A stretch of 64,000 nt of DNA from Candidatus Omnitrophota bacterium. GTDB lineage: Bacteria > Omnitrophota > Omnitrophia > Omnitrophales > Aquincolibacteriaceae. This document shows, piece by piece, positions 59,091-64,000 of this stretch (the first letter of the stretch is position 1; every line of letters begins with the position of its first letter). Location of the stretch: contig CAISGE010000021.1 in assembly GCA_903884815.1 (NCBI GenBank), forward strand, positions 448-64,447. Direction: 5' to 3'. The notes under the pieces are model-generated. The model was not told where the DNA came from. It worked only from the letters and a program-made list of their open reading frames with translations, and searched no databases. The translations under genes and the position numbers were made by a program.

Positions 59091-59478
59091 ATCCTTTCAT
59101 GTTTCACGACCCAAGATAAATTAAAACAAATTCACACGAATTCTGAGACTTAAAAGATCTCGGAACCCATTGTTACCAATACCCACATATAGTGCTTCTC
59201 AGTTCTCTTCATCTCTAAAAAAAGTATATCCGCGCTCAAGTTCTTTGTCAAATATTCCGATGTTATAAGTTGCTATATCCTTATATATGCCTCCCTATAG
59301 AAGTTTTTAGGTGTAAAAATAAACGATAAAATCTTTTTCAAAACTCATGAGTTTTGAAGAAATCGGAAGAAATACGAAACAGAGGAATTCCTGAGGATTT
59401 AAAAAAGGCGTGAAAAAGCACTTTCGAATGCTCGAAACTTCAAAACGGTCGCAACGAAATACATTTCAAATAAATTCG

Positions 59479-59973
59479 TTATTTTCTTAGTGGCCGCGGA
59501 AATAGGTCGGTCTTCAGACACGTGACATGATCGATAAAAAGAACGCCGTCCAAGTGGTCCACTTCATGCTCCACGCAAATCGCCTCGATCCCGGCGCATG
59601 TTTTTTCAAGAAATTCGCCACGCTCATTTTGCCAGCACACTCGTAGCCAACGATGACGTTTCAAAAACGCCGTATAATCAGGAAGACTCATACAGCCTTC
59701 CTTGCGCGCCTCAGGATCTCTTTTTTCCAGGATCACGGGATTCACCAGAATGAGCCGCTCCGTTCCCGATTCTCGTTTTGAAACATCCACCACCGCAACC
59801 GCTTTCAAAACCCCGATCTGCGGAGCCGCGATACCGATCCCGTGCGGCTGACTTTTCATCGTGCGAATGAGCGCGGCCACGAGTCTTAAAAGTGAGCGAT
59901 CGAAGGCTTTGACAGACTGAGTTTTTTTTCGGAGGATCGGATCGGGAAAGGTCCGGATGGGAACGGGCTTCAT
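59479..59973 (-). CDS. def: Peptide deformylase
   Basis: GIGIAAPQ, EGCMS and HEVDHLDG motifs. Confidence 0.97.
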   Translation of the reverse strand: MKPVPIRTFPDPILRKKTQSVKAFDRSLLRLVAALIRTMKSQPHGIGIAAPQIGVLKAVAVVDVSKRESGTERLILVNPVILEKRDPEARKEGCMSLPDYTAFLKRHRWLRVCWQNERGEFLEKTCAGIEAICVEHEVDHLDGVLFIDHVTCLKTDLFPRPLRK

Positions 59974-59978
59974 ACAGA

Positions 59979-60530
59979 TTATAATGAAACGCGTTCGAGA
60001 GGTTTAATCTGTATCTCGATCTTGAGTTGTTTCGACACTTTAGCCAACATCGTTTTTACTTTCGACAACACAGACAGTTTCGGGACATCGACCTCCAGAA
60101 GCATCGCATAAGTAGTCTTGGCACCCCGCCCTAGAATACGGCTATCGAGATCGGTAATATTGACCCGCAACGCGGCCAGTGCACGGCTGACCTCATAAAC
60201 GATCCCGGTGCGGTCCTTCCCAAACGCCGTGATCATGCACGGCAGAGAGCCTTTTGCGTGCTTCTTACCGCCCAGGGCTTTTCCCTTAAGTTCGGTCAGA
60301 TGGCAGACTAACGACCATGGCGTTTCCCGAAGCAGATCCAAGCCTTGAGCAACCCGGACCACCGCCGCCACGGAGGGCAAGCACGCCGTCATCATCATGG
60401 CAAATTGCCCTTCCAAAAGAGTCATACTAATATCTTCGAGATTGCATCCACGAGCAAATAAGAGACCGCTTACTTTAGCGATAATACCGGGTTTATCCTG
60501 ACCGCTCACCGTGATCATGATCTTTTTCAT
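59979..60530 (-). CDS. Tandem ACT-domain protein (GcvR-like)
   Basis: Two ACT domains (GQDKPGIIAKVS; GKDRTGIVYEVS). Start reassigned to the ATG at 60530, which forms an ATGA overlap with the upstream stop. Confidence 0.88.
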   Translation of the reverse strand: MKKIMITVSGQDKPGIIAKVSGLLFARGCNLEDISMTLLEGQFAMMMTACLPSVAAVVRVAQGLDLLRETPWSLVCHLTELKGKALGGKKHAKGSLPCMITAFGKDRTGIVYEVSRALAALRVNITDLDSRILGRGAKTTYAMLLEVDVPKLSVLSKVKTMLAKVSKQLKIEIQIKPLERVSL

Positions 60531-62173
60531 TGTTTTTTGGGCTCCTGTAATTGGGTAAGCAGACCCAGGCCTTGCGCGATCCACTGGCTCTGCTTCTGCT
60601 TTTTGGTAAGCTTCGTCGTCTGTGCCGCGCCTGTCACCGGGTCCACCGACGGCGCCTGCGCGGCCTTTTTCGTGCCAAGGATCCCGGAAAGCCCCTGATT
60701 CAGCAACTGATCCGCCCCCCCCTGGAGCATACGGGCGGCAATATAAGGCAAATCAGGTTGCACCGTGGTATCCGGAAAGGTACCGCTGTAGCGAAATGGG
60801 ATCATCACCTGACCATTCCGGTCCGCGATCATGCTGAGTTCACTTATCTTCTTGATCATGTAGGCGGAAATGGACTGAGACAAAAGAAGCTCCATGGAAC
60901 CGTCAACGCGCTGATCAAAAATGCCGTAGGTCCCCTTGCCCGCCAGTTGATAATTCGGATGGATCAGCCGGAATTCGCGAATCCTGAACATTCCACCTTC
61001 CACGGAATAAGCCACAGTCAGTGACTGAAAAGGCGTGTCCCTATCCTTCAGCATCTCACTGAGCTCGGGAGGTAATTCCCCGCCCAAAGCATTGGTAATC
61101 GCCATCACGGATGAAAGCCGGTCAAAGACTTCCTTGACCACATTCCGGTTTCGCAAAGCACCGTTCTGAATCCCGGTCGTTCCCTGCCCTTTGAGAGAGC
61201 GTTTCAGGATCGCGGGATTCGCGCCATCCAGCGAGATCTGGGCCTGGGTACTCAGCCGCCCGGAAACATAGTCGCCCTTCTTATAAACCTCCGGGATCAC
61301 CGGCTCCATATCCAGATCGCGAACCTCAAGCGTCCCCTCGAAATGCGGCATCGTACGGATCACCCTGAGCATCCCTTTGAACGCCACCTTTTCAGGACCG
61401 TAACGGAGCGTGAGATCAAGCGACTTTGTCGCAAGATCAAGATCCCCCTCCGCTTCAAGATTCTTTTGGGCGGCGTTCAACACGATTCCGGCGGCCGTGA
61501 AATGGAAGGAAGCCTCGTAGGATTTCTGACGTACCTCCGCTTCAAGGTCCTTCACGTCCAGACTAAAGGCCGGCTCGATCGTCTGATCCAGGAAATGGAC
61601 CGTTGCATCGCGAATCAGGATCTTTCCTATCCCGAACACCCAACCCTGCGTGACGCTCCCGAGGCTCTTCATCGAAAGGCTACCCGAGTCCTCGGCGGCT
61701 TCTGCCACGGGAATAAAACTGAGCTGAGAAAGCATCGGTGCGCCGGCTACGGCAGCAATCGGGAGTTTTTCGGCCGGCTGCCAATTCCATAAACCAGTTC
61801 GATCCCGTTTGAGAAATATCTCAGGACTTTGTATCGTCACCTGGGACGCGCCAAGTCGTTTCTGCCAAACCGATGTCAGATCGATATCAATGCGGACCTG
61901 ATCGCTCTGAAGAAGCTTCTCGAGACTTTTCAAGTGATAGAACTTCAGCCCTTGCACCCGAAGCTGCGGGGTGGGCCGCCACTGCAATTGGATATCGCCC
62001 AATTCCACGCGGAAACCGGACTGCCTCGCCAGCTGTCTTTCTATTTCAGGACGAAGCAGGTTCGGATCGAAATTCCGAAACGCAAAAAAGCCCGCCACGC
62101 CGAGAACGATCCCGAGTATCAAAAGCACGATCAGGATACCGCCCAGGACCTTCAAGAAACCGCGTAGGACCAT
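60527..62173 (-). CDS. AsmA-family protein
   Basis: N-terminal TM anchor, 'FDPNLLRPEIERQL', 'PEIFLKRDRTGLWNW' and a beta-rich C-terminus 'IPFRYSGTFPD..VQPD'. Confidence 0.8.
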   Translation of the reverse strand: MVLRGFLKVLGGILIVLLILGIVLGVAGFFAFRNFDPNLLRPEIERQLARQSGFRVELGDIQLQWRPTPQLRVQGLKFYHLKSLEKLLQSDQVRIDIDLTSVWQKRLGASQVTIQSPEIFLKRDRTGLWNWQPAEKLPIAAVAGAPMLSQLSFIPVAEAAEDSGSLSMKSLGSVTQGWVFGIGKILIRDATVHFLDQTIEPAFSLDVKDLEAEVRQKSYEASFHFTAAGIVLNAAQKNLEAEGDLDLATKSLDLTLRYGPEKVAFKGMLRVIRTMPHFEGTLEVRDLDMEPVIPEVYKKGDYVSGRLSTQAQISLDGANPAILKRSLKGQGTTGIQNGALRNRNVVKEVFDRLSSVMAITNALGGELPPELSEMLKDRDTPFQSLTVAYSVEGGMFRIREFRLIHPNYQLAGKGTYGIFDQRVDGSMELLLSQSISAYMIKKISELSMIADRNGQVMIPFRYSGTFPDTTVQPDLPYIAARMLQGGADQLLNQGLSGILGTKKAAQAPSVDPVTGAAQTTKLTKKQKQSQWIAQGLGLLTQLQEPKKQ

Positions 62174-62616
62174 ACCCCCTCGCCTTTCTTCCGGGCTTCC
62201 GCCTGGACTTTCAGAAACTTAGCCTTGCGACTGAACTCTTGCGTCTCCGCCACTTTGGCCGCCCCTATTTCCAAAAGGAATTCATTGAGCAAAACTTCCT
62301 GCTCCCCCGGAGTCTCTCCCGGTTTTCCCGGGTGTTTGACAGATTTCGAAAGGAGATACACATAAGCAGACTTTTTACCGTCCACAGGGACATGAGTCAG
62401 AAGCTGCAGCTTCACGTCCTGCTTGTGCGCAAGCACCCGAAGGACTGAAACGCCCTCCTCATCCATAAGGATACCGGCCAGAACAACGCTCTTTCCATCC
62501 GCGAGAGTCAGTGTCCCGTCTTTCGCAACGTCAGTGACGACCTCGGCGAAGAGAACACCGGTCAGCACTGACATCCCGCACAAAAAGAAAAGCAAGGCCC
62601 GGGCTAAAGATCTCAC
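62152..62616 (-). CDS. Secreted thermonuclease (SNase)-fold protein, probably inactive
   Basis: Signal peptide; 'LLNEFLLEIGAAKV' and 'QAEARKKGEGVW' match the SNase C-terminus. Confidence 0.7.
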   Translation of the reverse strand: MRSLARALLFFLCGMSVLTGVLFAEVVTDVAKDGTLTLADGKSVVLAGILMDEEGVSVLRVLAHKQDVKLQLLTHVPVDGKKSAYVYLLSKSVKHPGKPGETPGEQEVLLNEFLLEIGAAKVAETQEFSRKAKFLKVQAEARKKGEGVWSYAVS

Positions 62617-62618
62617 GT

Positions 62619-63044
62619 CTAACGGACTCTTCCATCGTTAGAATCGATCTCGCTCAGCCCCAGGTCGACGGTCCGGTGTTTTTTCCGGAGAGCATTCAGC
62701 TCGAGTTGGCCCTCGGGATTATATTGGTAGAAACGCACAAGCTCTTTTTTGTTCAATACGATAGCATCACTATAGGCGCCCGGAATGCTCCAGAACCAAG
62801 AAAACGGCATAACTCTCCAGAGTTGCTTTTCTTCGGTCCCATGAGCGAGATACCAATAACCCGCGAAAGGCAATACGCACAGCCATGCCGCCACAGCAGG
62901 CTCTTTGACCTTCACGCTGCAGGTATTCACCCCGTAAGACTTCAGCTCATACACCGCATTCTTCTCGGACTGACTGAGCGACATACACCCGGAAAGCGAA
63001 ATCACTAAAAACGAAACCAAGAATAGCTTCAACAAACGTTCCAT
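62619..63044 (-). CDS. Hypothetical lipoprotein with a membrane segment
   Basis: RBS AGGAG before the ATG at 63044; lipobox LSGC; hydrophobic Trp-rich centre. Confidence 0.7.
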   Translation of the reverse strand: MERLLKLFLVSFLVISLSGCMSLSQSEKNAVYELKSYGVNTCSVKVKEPAVAAWLCVLPFAGYWYLAHGTEEKQLWRVMPFSWFWSIPGAYSDAIVLNKKELVRFYQYNPEGQLELNALRKKHRTVDLGLSEIDSNDGRVR

Positions 63045-63089
63045 TCCGTTCCTCCTTGTGGTTTTTCTTATTATACCCATTTCTCAAAA

Positions 63090-64000
63090 TCACTTGCCAA
63101 TCTTTTGCCGGGCCCAGGCAACAGCCTCTTCACGGTTCTTGAGAGTTCCTTCAAGCTGCAATTCGTAAGCTTCCTCCAGGATCGGCTTCATGAGCGGCCC
63201 GGGTTTTACACCCATTTCAATCAAATCATTGCCGTTCAAAAGAGCCCTGGGCTTAAGCTCCTCATGTTCATATTCCTTAAGCTTCTCCTTTAAAAAAGAA
63301 AGATTATCCAGCATTCCGTGGCTGGCCGTGCAATCGACACGGTGGAGCTCCATCTCCTGTTCAAAAAGCGGACGGCTGATAAATTGCTTGAGCTTCCCCT
63401 TGCGCATCTTTTGCACATCCATGAACTTCATGTGATTGCCCACGAACTCACAAACGCCGTCGATCTCCTCGTTAGAAAAGCGCAAACGCTGCATGATCTG
63501 TCGGGCGATCTTGACCCCTGCTTCCGAATGCTCATAAAAGGTCAGACGTCCCTTGCGTATCGCCGAGGTCTGTGGTTTTCCTATATCATGAAAGAGAGCG
63601 GAGAACGCGAGCACGGTCGAAACCGGCGGATGGAGGTGCTCCAAAAGAAGCCGCGTATGCTCAAAGACATCGCCCTCGGGATGGAATTGCTCAGGCTGCT
63701 TGACGCCCCGCATAGCCTCGACTTCCGGCAGCACCTCTTTCATGAGACCGGATTCAGAAAGAAGAACCATCCCCCGCGCCGCACCCGAACGTGTGAAGAT
63801 CTTGACGAGCTCCTCGCGGATGCGCTCGGGACTGACTGCATGGATCTCCGGAGCTTTGCGGAGGATCGCTTTCCAGGTCTTTTCTTCGATCTCAAAACCG
63901 AGGGTGGAAGCAAAACGGATCGCCCTCAAAAGGCGAAGCTTGTCTTCTTCAAAGCGCTTGGAGGGTTCGCCAATCGCGCGGAGGATCTTCTTCGGGAGGT
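63090..64000 (-). CDS. CCA-adding tRNA nucleotidyltransferase / poly(A) polymerase family with HD domain, 5'-truncated
   Basis: RFEEDKLRLLRAIRFA (frame open to the window edge), SPERIREE, HPEGDVFEH, FHDIGK and LLNGNDL. Confidence 0.93.
   Translation of the reverse strand, partial: LPKKILRAIGEPSKRFEEDKLRLLRAIRFASTLGFEIEEKTWKAILRKAPEIHAVSPERIREELVKIFTRSGAARGMVLLSESGLMKEVLPEVEAMRGVKQPEQFHPEGDVFEHTRLLLEHLHPPVSTVLAFSALFHDIGKPQTSAIRKGRLTFYEHSEAGVKIARQIMQRLRFSNEEIDGVCEFVGNHMKFMDVQKMRKGKLKQFISRPLFEQEMELHRVDCTASHGMLDNLSFLKEKLKEYEHEELKPRALLNGNDLIEMGVKPGPLMKPILEEAYELQLEGTLKNREEAVAWARQKIGK

Noticed and set aside
18877-59301. 11-bp CTCCCTATAGA shared between the dif flank (18877-18887) and the giant-gene upstream region (59291-59301), as possible att ends of a 40-kb island
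   Set aside because: Short enough to arise by chance, no integrase in the interval, and I saw no second dif half-site at the right end.

Overview
Bacterial chromosomal window, probably at the replication terminus: a strong dif-like Xer site lies at 18890-18917 and gene orientation converges about 2 kb away. The + strand carries the 3' part of a large modular polyprotein-like gene (<2..8077, at least 2690 codons), an orphan dnaK with a sigma54-like promoter and palindromic upstream site, a MoxR/DUF58/vWA (Bat-type) operon, yqeY and a TMTC-like TPR glycosyltransferase. The - strand carries one 38 kb ORF (12,696 aa) followed by def, an ACT protein, an AsmA-like protein, a degenerate thermonuclease-like protein, a lipoprotein and a CCA/poly(A) nucleotidyltransferase. 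The giant protein reads: signal peptide, RHS/YD-like beta region, helical stalk, multi-TM region, SecA-like ATPase, zincin and M20 peptidase domains. The most striking pattern is a recurring R-[S/A/T/P]-E-x-R motif that marks module boundaries in both large proteins. In ORF1 it is repeatedly followed by an internal export signal (lipobox, twin-arginine signal or TM anchor), which suggests a processed polyprotein or cassette system. The gene style recalls Omnitrophota/PVC-type organisms, but that is inference. All domain calls come from motifs read by eye, and internal domain boundaries are approximate.
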